DNA from: an uncultured Alphaproteobacteria bacterium
GTDB lineage: Bacteria > Pseudomonadota > Alphaproteobacteria > Rhodobacterales > Rhodobacteraceae
Length of the DNA stretch: 64,000 bases
Assembly: GCA_963757495.1 (NCBI GenBank)
Contig: CAVWRZ010000013.1
Location: 9,281-73,280, forward strand
Direction: 5' to 3'
Translations under genes and position numbers: made by a program
Part shown: one piece after another, positions 39,968 to 49,183 of the stretch
Numbering within the stretch: the stretch's first letter is position 1
How the letters are laid out: every line of letters starts with the position of its first letter
Notes under the pieces: model-generated
Database searches by the model: none
Seen by the model: the letters and a program-made list of their open reading frames with translations, nothing else
Told to the model about the DNA's origin: nothing

Positions 39968-40372
39968 ATGGCCGGCCTCATGCTCAAGTTCCCGGCCGGG
40001 GACAGGATCGTGGTCAACGGTGCCGTCATAGAGAACGTGGGACGTGGGGCTCGGCTTCGGCTGCTCACCCCCGACACGCAGTTGCTGCGTCTGCGTGATG
40101 CGGTCGATCCCGCTGCCGCGACCACCCCGGTGGGCCGGTTGACCCACGTGGTACAGATGATGCTGATCGGCGAGCTCCCCCCACGGGAGATGCTGCCCGA
40201 CGCGCTTTCCGGGCTCGCCACCCTGCGCCTGGCATTCGTGGACGAGGACGACCGTGATTGCATCGATCAGATCGTCGACCACCTTCGGGACATGCAGTTC
40301 TACCGCGCGCTCCGGGCCCTCGGCCGGCTGCGGCGCAGGGAGGCCGAACTGCTTTCGGCAGCGGGAGGATGA
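39968..40372 (+). CDS. flbT: Flagellar biosynthesis repressor FlbT
   Basis: LKFPAGDRIVVNGAVIEN, LRLRDAVDP..A.TPV, FYRALRAL..L..RE. Confidence 0.88.
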   Translation: MAGLMLKFPAGDRIVVNGAVIENVGRGARLRLLTPDTQLLRLRDAVDPAAATTPVGRLTHVVQMMLIGELPPREMLPDALSGLATLRLAFVDEDDRDCIDQIVDHLRDMQFYRALRALGRLRRREAELLSAAGG

Positions 40373-41154
40373 GTTTCCAACCCTATGTTCCGACTGGCGG
40401 GCTCGCGGGATGGCGCTTTCTGCAAAGCACGGTAACGATGCAAAAGGCAGCCCATGCGCAGAGCCCGGTTCTCCAGCGGGATCTCGACTACTTCCGGGAG
40501 AACATCGGGTCGATCAGGACCGCCGAGGAACTCGTCGGTAACTTCCGGTTGCTCTCCGTCGCGCTCGGTGCCTTCGGGCTCGGCGAGGATATCGGTGCGA
40601 AGTTCCTGATAAAGCGGGTTCTGGACGAGGGAACGATCGAACCCGACGCTTTGGCGAACCGGCTGTCGGACAAGCGCTACAGGGACATGTCACGCGCGTT
40701 CGGATTCGGGGATTTCGCAACTCCCAACACCGTGCTTTCGGATTTTCCGGCCCGCATCGCCGCGCGTTACACCGAGCAGCGCTTTGCGGTCGACATGGGA
40801 CAGACGAACGAGACGATGCGCTTGGCATTGACGGCGCAGCGCGAACTGCCGGCCCTGGCGAGCGCGGACCAATCCAACCGGACGAAGTGGTTCACCCTCA
40901 TGGGCACGCCCCCGGTTCGGAAGGTCATGGAGACCGCCCTGGGTCTTCCGATCGCCATCGGAACGCTGCCGATCGACCGTCAGCTGGAGATTTTCCTGGA
41001 GCGTTCCGAGGCGCTGTTCGGTACGAACGATCTGGCAGAACTCGGACAGGGCAAGACGTTGGATCGCCTGCTCGACAGGTACACGGCCCTCGATCAGTCC
41101 GGGAGCGCGTCGATCGTCACCTCACCGGCTCTCGTTCTGCTGCGGGGCTTCTGA
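40369..41154 (+). CDS. DUF1217-like flagellar-cluster protein
   Basis: GGLAGWRFL, DYFRENIG.I.TAEELV...RLL.VALGAFGL, LANRLSDKRY, VMETALGLP; usual position after flbT. Confidence 0.75.
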   Translation: MSFQPYVPTGGLAGWRFLQSTVTMQKAAHAQSPVLQRDLDYFRENIGSIRTAEELVGNFRLLSVALGAFGLGEDIGAKFLIKRVLDEGTIEPDALANRLSDKRYRDMSRAFGFGDFATPNTVLSDFPARIAARYTEQRFAVDMGQTNETMRLALTAQRELPALASADQSNRTKWFTLMGTPPVRKVMETALGLPIAIGTLPIDRQLEIFLERSEALFGTNDLAELGQGKTLDRLLDRYTALDQSGSASIVTSPALVLLRGF

Positions 41155-42501
41155 AGGCGGCATCTCGGGTCCCGAATAGCTGCGTCCCAAGATGCCCGCC
41201 AGCAGTCGGAAGCCGTCCGTCGCACGCGGCAGACCCTGCGCCGTGAAGATCTCCTGCAGGCGCGGGACCAGGGAGACGCCCCGGTCGATCTCTGGGTTCG
41301 AGCCGCGCTCGTAGAGACCCGACGTGATCATCAACTCGTTTCGGTCGTAGGCTTCGAGCGTCTTCCGCGTCTCGCCGATGAGGGCGTTCTCCGCCCGGCT
41401 CGCCGCCTCGGGGAGGCTGCGCGAAACGGAGCGCAGGATGTCAACGGCCGGGAACCGACCCGCTTCCGCGACTTCGCGTGACAGTACGACATGGCCGTCG
41501 AGTTGCCCCCGCACGATGTCGGCCACCGGCTCCTCCATGTCCGACCCGGCCACGAGAACGGAGAAGACGGCCGTGATGTCGCCCTGTGTGCCCTCGCCGG
41601 GGCCGGTGCGTTCGCACAGGGAGGCAAGGAGGGGCACGAGGCTGGGCGGGTGCCCGCGCAGCGCGGCGTCCTCCCCGGCGGCCGTGCTCACCTCCCGATG
41701 CGCTTCCGCAAGGCGGGTGACGCTGTCGCAGAGGAACAGGACATGCTTCCCCTGATCGCGAAAGTGCTCCGCCACCGTCAGCGCTGTGAAGGCACATCGG
41801 CGGCGGGTGTTCGCGGGCTGGTCGGAGGTGGCGGCGACGACGACCGTGCGGGTCATGCCTTCGGGCCCGAGCACGCGGCGCACGAAGTCCGAGACCTCCC
41901 GCCCCCGCTCCCCGACGAGAGCGAGCACGCAGACGTCCGCCTCCATCTCCCGCGCAAGACTGCCGAGGAGCGTGGATTTCCCGACGCCCGAGCCGGCGAA
42001 GAGACCGATCCGCTGCCCGCGCACGAGCGGCAGCATCGTGTCGAGGACGGCAAAGCCGGTGCGCAGGCGAGCACCCATGCCGCGACGTCGCGCGGCGGCG
42101 GGGGGCGGGCGGCGCAGCGGCATCGCGGCCCCGCCGGCAAGGGGGCGATCATCCATCGGCTGTCCGAACGGATCGACGATTCGCCCGATCCACCCGGGAT
42201 GCGGTTCGACCCGCGGAGAGCCGGCGGGCCGCACCGCAAGCCCCATGCGCAGTCCCGCGGCCTCCGCGAACGGCGTGGCCCAGAGGCTGCCTTCGGCGAG
42301 GTGGGAGACCTCCGCCCGCTGGGGGGTTCCGGCGGTATCCTCGTAGATCAGCTCGTCCCCGAGAAAGGCATGTTCGGACAAGCCGGTGACGCGGAAGCCC
42401 GCGGGCCTGAGCTCGGCGATGCGCCCCAACGGATGGCTGCGCTGCAACCCGGCGACGCGGGCGCGCAGGGTGGCGAACGGATCGGTGGTGTCGGTCGTCA
42501 T
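41122..42501 (-). CDS. fliI: Flagellar export ATPase
   Basis: GQRIGLFAGSGVGKS, LVGERGREV, DSVTRLA.AHRE, ERTGPG, LDGHVVLSR, FPAVDILRSVSR. Confidence 0.93.
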   Translation of the reverse strand: MTTDTTDPFATLRARVAGLQRSHPLGRIAELRPAGFRVTGLSEHAFLGDELIYEDTAGTPQRAEVSHLAEGSLWATPFAEAAGLRMGLAVRPAGSPRVEPHPGWIGRIVDPFGQPMDDRPLAGGAAMPLRRPPPAAARRRGMGARLRTGFAVLDTMLPLVRGQRIGLFAGSGVGKSTLLGSLAREMEADVCVLALVGERGREVSDFVRRVLGPEGMTRTVVVAATSDQPANTRRRCAFTALTVAEHFRDQGKHVLFLCDSVTRLAEAHREVSTAAGEDAALRGHPPSLVPLLASLCERTGPGEGTQGDITAVFSVLVAGSDMEEPVADIVRGQLDGHVVLSREVAEAGRFPAVDILRSVSRSLPEAASRAENALIGETRKTLEAYDRNELMITSGLYERGSNPEIDRGVSLVPRLQEIFTAQGLPRATDGFRLLAGILGRSYSGPEMPPSEAPQQNESR

Positions 42502-42583
42502 CGGGCGTCTCCTCATCGGCCTGCAACCATTTCTAAAGGAATCACCCTTAAGGCTTCGTTGCACGGACCAAGGAGAATCCCCC

Positions 42584-42952
42584 GTGACCGAGATGCCGAC
42601 CATATTGCGCCTTGCCGCCGGGGCTGCCGCCCATGCCGCCAACCGGCAGGGCGTCATCGCCGGGAACGTAGCGAACGCCGACACGCCGGGATTCCGCGCC
42701 CGGGACATGACGCCCTTCACCCCCGATGACGGTTTCGCCCTGCGACGTAGCCATGCAGGGCATTTCGCCGGCGCGGAGGGCAGCGGACGGATCGAGACGA
42801 TCCGCGACGCGATGGCCGATCCGAACGGCAACAGCGTGGATCTGGAGGATCAGATCCTTCGCGGGATCGAAGCCTCACGGGCGCACAACCGGGCGATCAC
42901 CGTGTACCGCAACAATCTCGACATCCTGCGCTCCGCGCTGGGACGGAGGTAG
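42584..42952 (+). CDS. flgB: Flagellar basal-body rod protein
   Basis: AGGAG RBS + GTG; RQGVIAGNVANADTPGFRARD, PNGNSVDLE. Confidence 0.9.
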   Translation: MTEMPTILRLAAGAAAHAANRQGVIAGNVANADTPGFRARDMTPFTPDDGFALRRSHAGHFAGAEGSGRIETIRDAMADPNGNSVDLEDQILRGIEASRAHNRAITVYRNNLDILRSALGRR

Positions 42953-42954
42953 GC

Positions 42955-43347
42955 ATGACCGAATTTTCCAGCGCGCTCGACGTCCTTTCGTCTGGGATGA
43001 AGGGGCAAGGCCAACGTCTGCGCCACATTGCCGAGAACATCGCCAACGTCGACACGCCGGGATACCGGCGCAAGACCATCGAGTTTCGCGCCGCCGTCGA
43101 GGACGGTGTGCGGACCGGGGCGATACAGGCGGGCGATGTGCGCCTGTCACGCGCGGAACTGCCGAGCATCCATGACCCGGACCATCCGATGGCCGACGAG
43201 CAGGGATATCACGACGGCTCCAACGTGGAGCTCGTGATCGAGCTGGCAGACGCACGCGAGGCGCAACGCAGCTACGAGGCGAACCTGAAGATGTTCGAGC
43301 AGGTACGGCGGATGTCGTCGCAGTTGATGGACATCCTGAAACGCTGA
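42955..43347 (+). CDS. flgC: Flagellar basal-body rod protein
   Basis: IAENIANVDTPGYRRK, DPDHPMAD..GY..SNV, AQRSYEANL. Confidence 0.93.
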   Translation: MTEFSSALDVLSSGMKGQGQRLRHIAENIANVDTPGYRRKTIEFRAAVEDGVRTGAIQAGDVRLSRAELPSIHDPDHPMADEQGYHDGSNVELVIELADAREAQRSYEANLKMFEQVRRMSSQLMDILKR

Positions 43348-43376
43348 TCTTCAACGAAACCAACAAGGAATCCACA

Positions 43377-43634
43377 ATGGACCTGAACCCGATACTCGCC
43401 GGCCTCGGTAGCCCGCCCGTTTCCAAGCCGAACGCCGCCACGGAGGCAATGGCCGGCTTCACCGAAATGCTGCGGCAGGGGGAGATGCAGTCGACCGCCG
43501 CCGTCACGTCCGGGGCCGATCCGCACGCGCTGGTCACCGCGCTGGCCGAGAGCAAGCTGGCCGTGGACACGATCGTTTCGGTCCGTGACCGGGTCGTCGA
43601 GGCGTATCAGGAAATCCTGCGGATGCCGGTCTGA
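43377..43634 (+). CDS. fliE: Flagellar hook-basal body protein
   Basis: VSVRDRVVEAYQEILRMPV C-terminus. Confidence 0.92.
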   Translation: MDLNPILAGLGSPPVSKPNAATEAMAGFTEMLRQGEMQSTAAVTSGADPHALVTALAESKLAVDTIVSVRDRVVEAYQEILRMPV

Positions 43635-43637
43635 TCC

Positions 43638-43904
43638 ATGGAGGATCTGCTGTTCTACGACACCTTGCGCCAGGGACTCTGGATCGCCGTGATGATGTCT
43701 GCGCCGATCCTCGCCGTGGCGCTGGCCGTCGGTCTCGCGATCGGACTGATGCAGGCCCTCACCTCCATCCAGGAGATGACCCTGACCTTCGTGCCGAAGA
43801 TGGCCGCGATGCTCGTCGTGTTCTGGCTCTCGATGGGCTTCATGACGCTGACCCTGGGCCGCTACTTCACCGACACGATCGTTCCGATCATACAGGGGTA
43901 CTGA
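43638..43904 (+). CDS. fliQ: Flagellar export protein
   Basis: [22 protein letters not shown]. Confidence 0.93.
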   Translation: MEDLLFYDTLRQGLWIAVMMSAPILAVALAVGLAIGLMQALTSIQEMTLTFVPKMAAMLVVFWLSMGFMTLTLGRYFTDTIVPIIQGY

Positions 43905-43906
43905 GC

Positions 43907-44620
43907 ATGGCCGACGGCATCTATCCCACGCTCGGACGGCAGGCGGGCCTGCTGCGCGAGATGGACGTGATCGCGCAGAACATCGCGAACGCGAACACGA
44001 CCGGCTACCGGGCCGAGGGGCTCATCTTTTCGGAGTACGTCGTCAAGGGCGATGGCGACGCGCCGTCGGTCTCCTTCGCCTACGCCAACGGGCGCCAGAC
44101 GCAGTTCTCGCAAGGCGGGCTGGAGCAGACCGGCGGGACGTTCGACCTCGCCATCGAAGGCGAGGGATATTTCCAGGTCGATGTCGCCGGCACCCCGCAT
44201 CTGACCCGGGCGGGGGCTTTCCTGACCGGGCCGGACGGTGGGGTTCAGACGGCCGAGGGCCATCCGCTGCTCGACGATGGGGGTGCGCCGTTGTTCGTGC
44301 CGCCCGGGGCCGGGAGCATTCACATCGCCGGAGACGGGACCGTATCGGCCGATGGGCAACCGATCGCCCGCGTCGGCATCGTCGCCCCGGCCGATGCCGG
44401 AGACATGTTGCGGCGCGCGGGCACGATGTTCGCCGCAGAAGACGTCGCTCCGGTGGAGAACCCCCGCCTGATGCAGGGTTTCCTGGAGGCGTCGAACGTC
44501 GACCCGGTGCTGCAGATCGCGCGGATGGTCGCCGTGCAGAACGCCTACCAGATGGGCCAGGGCTTCATGGACCGCGAACACGAACGGATGCAGTCGATGC
44601 TGCGCCTGATGGATCAATGA
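43907..44620 (+). CDS. flgF: Flagellar basal-body rod protein
   Basis: IAQNIANANTTGYR, QTGGTFDLAIEGEGYF, TRAGAF, GFLEASNVDPV. Confidence 0.88.
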   Translation: MADGIYPTLGRQAGLLREMDVIAQNIANANTTGYRAEGLIFSEYVVKGDGDAPSVSFAYANGRQTQFSQGGLEQTGGTFDLAIEGEGYFQVDVAGTPHLTRAGAFLTGPDGGVQTAEGHPLLDDGGAPLFVPPGAGSIHIAGDGTVSADGQPIARVGIVAPADAGDMLRRAGTMFAAEDVAPVENPRLMQGFLEASNVDPVLQIARMVAVQNAYQMGQGFMDREHERMQSMLRLMDQ

Positions 44621-44630
44621 GGAGCACGAC

Positions 44631-45416
44631 ATGCGCGCACTGAGCATCGCGGCGACCGGAATGGCCGCCCAGCAGACGAGGGTCGAGGTGATCTCCAACA
44701 ACCTCGCGAACATGAACACCACGGGCTACAACGCCCGCCGGGCGGAGTTCGCGGACCTGCACTACCAGCAGGTGACCCGAGCCGGCTCGATCAACTCCGC
44801 GACCGGGGCGATCGTCCCCGCCGGCGTTCAGCTGGGCCTCGGCGTCCGGCCGACCTCCGTGTCGATGGAGGTGGCGCAGGGAGCCCTGGGCCAGACCGGC
44901 GGCGATCTGGACGTGGCGATCGAGGGGCGCGGCTACCTGGAGGTCACGCTGCCGTCGGGCAACCCGGCCTACACCCGCGACGGGGCCTTGAAACGCACGG
45001 GCGACGGGTTGCTGGTGACGTCCGACGGGCATCCCGTCATTCCGGACATCACGATCCCGGCCGACACGCGCTCGATCTCGATCAACCCGGAGGGCGAGGT
45101 CTACGCCTATTTCATCGACCGGACGGAGCCTGAGCTGTTGGGACAGCTGACCCTCGTGGGCTTCACCAACGAAAAGGGGCTCGAGGCGCTCGGCTCCAAT
45201 CTCTATTCCGAAACCGGAGCCTCCGGTGCGCCGCTCGTGGGCTTCCCCGGCGAGGACGGGCTGGGCTTCTTCAGGCAGGGATATCTCGAGGAAAGCTCGG
45301 TCGACGCCGTGCGTGAGATCACCGATCTGATCGAGGCGCAACGCGGCTATGAGATGAACGCCAAGGTCATCACCGCCGCCGACCAGATGATGTCGGCGAC
45401 GACGCAGATCCGATGA
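44631..45416 (+). CDS. flgG: Distal rod protein
   Basis: ISNNLANMNTTGY, QLGLGV, YTRDG, QGYLEESSV, LIEAQRGYEMNAKVI..ADQM. Confidence 0.95.
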   Translation: MRALSIAATGMAAQQTRVEVISNNLANMNTTGYNARRAEFADLHYQQVTRAGSINSATGAIVPAGVQLGLGVRPTSVSMEVAQGALGQTGGDLDVAIEGRGYLEVTLPSGNPAYTRDGALKRTGDGLLVTSDGHPVIPDITIPADTRSISINPEGEVYAYFIDRTEPELLGQLTLVGFTNEKGLEALGSNLYSETGASGAPLVGFPGEDGLGFFRQGYLEESSVDAVREITDLIEAQRGYEMNAKVITAADQMMSATTQIR

Positions 45417-45823
45417 TCCGGGCGCTGCTGCTCATCTTCCTCGCCGGCCCGGCCGCGGCGCAGTCCGTCATGACCGTCCATGCCGTGCGGGCGGGCACGA
45501 TGCTGTCGGCCGACGATCTCGCGTTTCACGATGCGGCGGCCATCGACGGGTTCGACGATCCGCGCGACATCATCGGGATGGAGGCACGGGTGAACCTCTA
45601 TCCCGGTCGCCCGATCCTCGTGCGCGACGTCGGGCTGCCGACGGTGGTCGAGCGCAACGCGATCGTGCCGCTGGTGTTCCAGCGCGGCGGTCTCTCGATC
45701 ACCCTGGAAGGCCGCGCGCTCGGGCGCGCCGGCGCCGGCGAGACGGTTCGGGTCATGAACCTCACGTCGCGAAACACAGTTATGGGCGTGGCCACGGACA
45801 CCGGCCAGGTCATCATTCACTAG
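45413..45823 (+). CDS. flgA: P-ring formation chaperone
   Basis: Signal peptide; SAF-like region; GRAL..AGAGETVRVMNL.SR..V.G. Confidence 0.88.
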   Translation: MIRALLLIFLAGPAAAQSVMTVHAVRAGTMLSADDLAFHDAAAIDGFDDPRDIIGMEARVNLYPGRPILVRDVGLPTVVERNAIVPLVFQRGGLSITLEGRALGRAGAGETVRVMNLTSRNTVMGVATDTGQVIIH

Positions 45824-45838
45824 CGTCAGGAAATCCAC

Positions 45839-46567
45839 ATGAAACCCCTCGTCTCCATCGTGGCGATCTGTGCCGTCGTCGCCGGATGCGGCCGCCTGTC
45901 CGAAGTCGGCCGCGCTCCCGAGATGACCTCCGTCATGGAGAGCGCCGAGCATCGCGCCATGGCCGCGCCGCAGCCCGTAGACATCCTGGGACAGCGCGAT
46001 CCGCTGCGGGCTGCATCGCTCTGGACCGGAGACCGCAAGTCGCTGCTGGGCGACCGGCGGGCGGGACGGCGCGGCGACATCATGACGGTGGTCGTGGAGA
46101 TCGACGAAAGCGCCGAGATCGACAACGCGACGAACCGGTCCCGGTCCGGATCCGAGCGCATGCAGATCCCCGAGTTCCTGGGCCTGCCGGAAGTGGCGGA
46201 CGGTCTGCTGCCGGGCAACGGCAGCTTCGCGAACGGTGCGGCGGCGAATTCCTCCTCCTCCTCGAACGGATCGGGCGGGGTGCGGCGTCAGGAACGTCTG
46301 ACGCTGCGGATCGCCGCGACGGTGGTGGACGTACAGCCCAACGGCGTGCTGCGCATCGAGGGGCGGCAGGAGGTGCGGGTGAACTTCGAGCTGCGCGAGA
46401 TGCTTGTGACCGGATACGTGCGCCCCGAGGACATCTCACGGCAGAACGAGATCACCTACGACAAGATCGCCGCGGCCCGGATCTCCTATGGAGGACGCGG
46501 CCAGATAACGGACGTGCAGCAACCGCGGTATGGACAGCAGGTCGCCGACATCCTGCTGCCGTTCTGA
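45839..46567 (+). CDS. flgH: L-ring lipoprotein
   Basis: Lipobox VAGC; SLW, GDIMTV, PNG.LRIEG..EVRVN, ARISYGGRGQI.DVQ.PRYGQQ. Confidence 0.94.
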   Translation: MKPLVSIVAICAVVAGCGRLSEVGRAPEMTSVMESAEHRAMAAPQPVDILGQRDPLRAASLWTGDRKSLLGDRRAGRRGDIMTVVVEIDESAEIDNATNRSRSGSERMQIPEFLGLPEVADGLLPGNGSFANGAAANSSSSSNGSGGVRRQERLTLRIAATVVDVQPNGVLRIEGRQEVRVNFELREMLVTGYVRPEDISRQNEITYDKIAAARISYGGRGQITDVQQPRYGQQVADILLPF

Positions 46568-46569
46568 GC

Positions 46570-47022
46570 ATGGGCAAGGTCGTCCCCCTGATCGTCGTCG
46601 TTCTGGTCGCCGTCGGCGGTGGCGCGGCCGGCCATTTCTTGCGCCCTCCGCCGGAGGAGGGCGCGGCACCTGTCCCGGAGGAGATCGTCACTCTCCCAGA
46701 GGAAACGGTCACGACCTTTCGCAACGGGTTCATCGTGCCCGTGCTGCGCGATGGCCGGGTCTGGAGCCACGTCGTGCTGACGTTGGGCGTGGCGTCAGAC
46801 GTAACGTCCGGCGATGTGATCGTGCAGCGCGAACCGATCCTGCGGGACGGCATGACGGAGGCCCTGTTCCTTCACGGCAGCCTCGGCGGGTTCGATGGCG
46901 ATTTCACGGAAGCGAACGCCCTGCTCAGGCTGCGGGAGCGGCTCGACGCGATGGTACGGGTCAGGCTCGACGATCCGACGGCCCGTGTCCTGATCGTGTC
47001 GATGGCACGGCAGTCGACCTGA
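46570..47022 (+). CDS. FliL-like basal-body-associated protein
   Basis: N-terminal TM + GGGAAG; FIVPV; EPILRD..TEALF; VLI. Confidence 0.65.
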   Translation: MGKVVPLIVVVLVAVGGGAAGHFLRPPPEEGAAPVPEEIVTLPEETVTTFRNGFIVPVLRDGRVWSHVVLTLGVASDVTSGDVIVQREPILRDGMTEALFLHGSLGGFDGDFTEANALLRLRERLDAMVRVRLDDPTARVLIVSMARQST

Positions 47023-47037
47023 CGCGGCACTGCCGCT

Positions 47038-47364
47038 TCAGGACCGCCGCGCCAGTTTTCCCAACACGTTCTCGCGGGCCGTCTCGCGGGCGCAGAGCTC
47101 TCGCTGGGGCTGTGCCGCGCCCCGCAGCCGGGCGATCTGCACGTTCAGCTGTGCGAGCGACTGCATGCGATGCCGGGACCATCGATCCTGCATGACGGCC
47201 TCCTGCACCGTGGCGGGCGCATGCGTCGGAGCCTGGCGCAGCGCGTCCGCCTGCGCTTCCAGCGTATCGATCAACCCCTGAACCTGGGCAAGCCGCGCGG
47301 TGGCCCGGTCGGAGCGCAGCCGCGCGAGCTGTCGCAGCAGCGTCAGGCGTTCGGCTCGCGTCAT
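47038..47364 (-). CDS. Small coiled-coil protein downstream of flhB (possibly FliJ-like)
   Basis: ATG overlaps the flhB stop; 108 aa, helical, Arg/Gln/Ala-rich; function is inference only. Confidence 0.55.
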   Translation of the reverse strand: MTRAERLTLLRQLARLRSDRATARLAQVQGLIDTLEAQADALRQAPTHAPATVQEAVMQDRWSRHRMQSLAQLNVQIARLRGAAQPQRELCARETARENVLGKLARRS

Positions 47365-48431
47365 TTCTTCTTCGCCAGGTCGCGTGCGAAGCGGACGGCG
47401 ACAGCGACGGCGGCGAAATGGATCCGGTCGATGGGGTCCCCCACGTCGGTGCTGGCATGCAGCGCCCGTGCGGTCGGAGGATCGCTGTAGATCGGGACGC
47501 CAGCCTCCAGGGCTGCCTCGCGGATGCGGGCGGCGGCGTGGTCGACGCCCTTGGCGACGCAGACCGGGGGCGACGGATCCAGCGGGGACCACTTGAGCGC
47601 CACTGCGTAATGCGTCGGATTGACGACCACGACCGTCGCGTCGGGCACGTCCCGCAGCATCTGGTTGAGCGCAATCTCCTGTCCGCGCTGCCGGCGGCGG
47701 CCCTTCATGTAAGGATCGCCCTCGGAGGTCTTGGATTCGTCGACGACCTCCTGCCGGGTCATCATCTGCTTCTTGAGATGCGTATGGCGCTGCCAGAAGT
47801 AGTCGATGGCCGCGACGCTCCCCGAGACGATCACGACGATCACCAGGAACTCGGCGAGGATCGATGGGATCATTCCGGGCATTGACCGTGGATCCGAGGC
47901 GGCTGCCATGACGAACCGATCGACGTGCCGAACCAGGAACCAGGTCATCAGGCCCCCGTAGAGGATCATCTTCACGGCGGATTTGGCGAACTCGAAAAGG
48001 CCGTTCGGGCCGAACTTGTTGCCCGCGTTGGCGATGATCGAAATCCGCGAAAGCTTCGGCGCGAGCTTGGACGGAGCTACGACGATGGCCTGCTGCGCGA
48101 TGAGGCCAAGGAGCACCAGCGCGGCGGCGGGAGCCGTAAGCAAAGTCACGATGATCAGGCTTTCCCCGACAATGGCACCGAACCGGCTGGCACCCCCCGT
48201 CCGCAGGGGGCGGGCCAGCATCTCCGCGTTCTGAAGCATGTCCCCACCCAGATAGGTCAGCCGGCGAGCGGCGTCGGGCGCGATCAGCAGGATCGTCATC
48301 AGCGCGCCGACGTAGCTCGCCCAGATGGCGACGTCCTGCGAGCGGACGAGTTCTCCCTTTCGACGGGATTCCAGCAGCTTCTGCGGCGTCGCCTCGTGAC
48401 TGCGTTCCGCGCCGTCGTCTTTGCCGCTCAC
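47361..48431 (-). CDS. flhB: Flagellar export protein
   Basis: EATPQKL..SRRKGE..RSQD, E.K.SEGDP, VVNPTHYAVALKW (NPTH autocleavage), P.ARALH. Confidence 0.95.
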   Translation of the reverse strand: MSGKDDGAERSHEATPQKLLESRRKGELVRSQDVAIWASYVGALMTILLIAPDAARRLTYLGGDMLQNAEMLARPLRTGGASRFGAIVGESLIIVTLLTAPAAALVLLGLIAQQAIVVAPSKLAPKLSRISIIANAGNKFGPNGLFEFAKSAVKMILYGGLMTWFLVRHVDRFVMAAASDPRSMPGMIPSILAEFLVIVVIVSGSVAAIDYFWQRHTHLKKQMMTRQEVVDESKTSEGDPYMKGRRRQRGQEIALNQMLRDVPDATVVVVNPTHYAVALKWSPLDPSPPVCVAKGVDHAAARIREAALEAGVPIYSDPPTARALHASTDVGDPIDRIHFAAVAVAVRFARDLAKKK

Positions 48432-49183
48432 GGCAGGCCGCCCGCGACCGGATCCCCGAGTGCCGCAATCATCGTGGTCTTCCAGACGGAGAGGATGAAC
48501 GGGGCCGACAGGAACAGCAGGATCCCGCTTGCCATCGTGATCGCCGGCGCGCCGACCAGCGCCACCATAAGCTGCGGCATGGCGCGGTTGATGACGCCCA
48601 TCGCCATGTTGTAGATCAACGCGGCGAGCGCGAACGGTGCGGCCAGCACGAAGGCCAGCCCGAACGCCTGCGCGGCCCGCGAGACGCCCCAACGTACCAC
48701 GTCCGTTCCGGGCATCGGCAGGCCGAGCGGCAGCACGTCGTAGCTGCGGATCAGCATATCGATGACCATGAGCGGCAGCCCGGCGGCCATCAGCAGGGCG
48801 AGCCCCGCGATGTTGAGCAGGTTGCCGATGGCGGAGGAGGGCTCGGTGTTGCCGAAGAGCTGCGCGAGGGATGTGAGCTGGGCGGCCATCATCCCCGCCA
48901 TCGTCAGTGCCGAGGCGATGAACCGCAGGACGGCCCCGAGGGCGAGGCCGATCGTCGTCTCCACCAGGATAAGGGTGGGGGTCAGCTCCGTGATCGGGGG
49001 AGCCATGGCAGCCACGGCGACCGATAGCGCGAAGCCCGTGATCAGCCGGATGCGGGCCGGTATCATGCGGTCGCCGAGCCCCGGGAGCACGAGGATCATC
49101 GCGCCGACCCGCAGGAACACGCCGAGCACCTGCGTGATGACCGGGAGCATCGCGTCGTGCAGGTCGAGTAGACCTTCGATCAC
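48428..49183 (-). CDS. fliR: Flagellar export protein
   Basis: FLRVGAMILVLPGLG, ETTIGLALG, INRAMPQLMV..VGAP. Confidence 0.9.
   Translation of the reverse strand: MIEGLLDLHDAMLPVITQVLGVFLRVGAMILVLPGLGDRMIPARIRLITGFALSVAVAAMAPPITELTPTLILVETTIGLALGAVLRFIASALTMAGMMAAQLTSLAQLFGNTEPSSAIGNLLNIAGLALLMAAGLPLMVIDMLIRSYDVLPLGLPMPGTDVVRWGVSRAAQAFGLAFVLAAPFALAALIYNMAMGVINRAMPQLMVALVGAPAITMASGILLFLSAPFILSVWKTTMIAALGDPVAGGLP

Noticed and set aside
41122-41154. Convergent 33-bp overlap of fliI and the DUF1217-like gene
   Set aside because: Short tail-to-tail overlaps are common in high-GC genomes.
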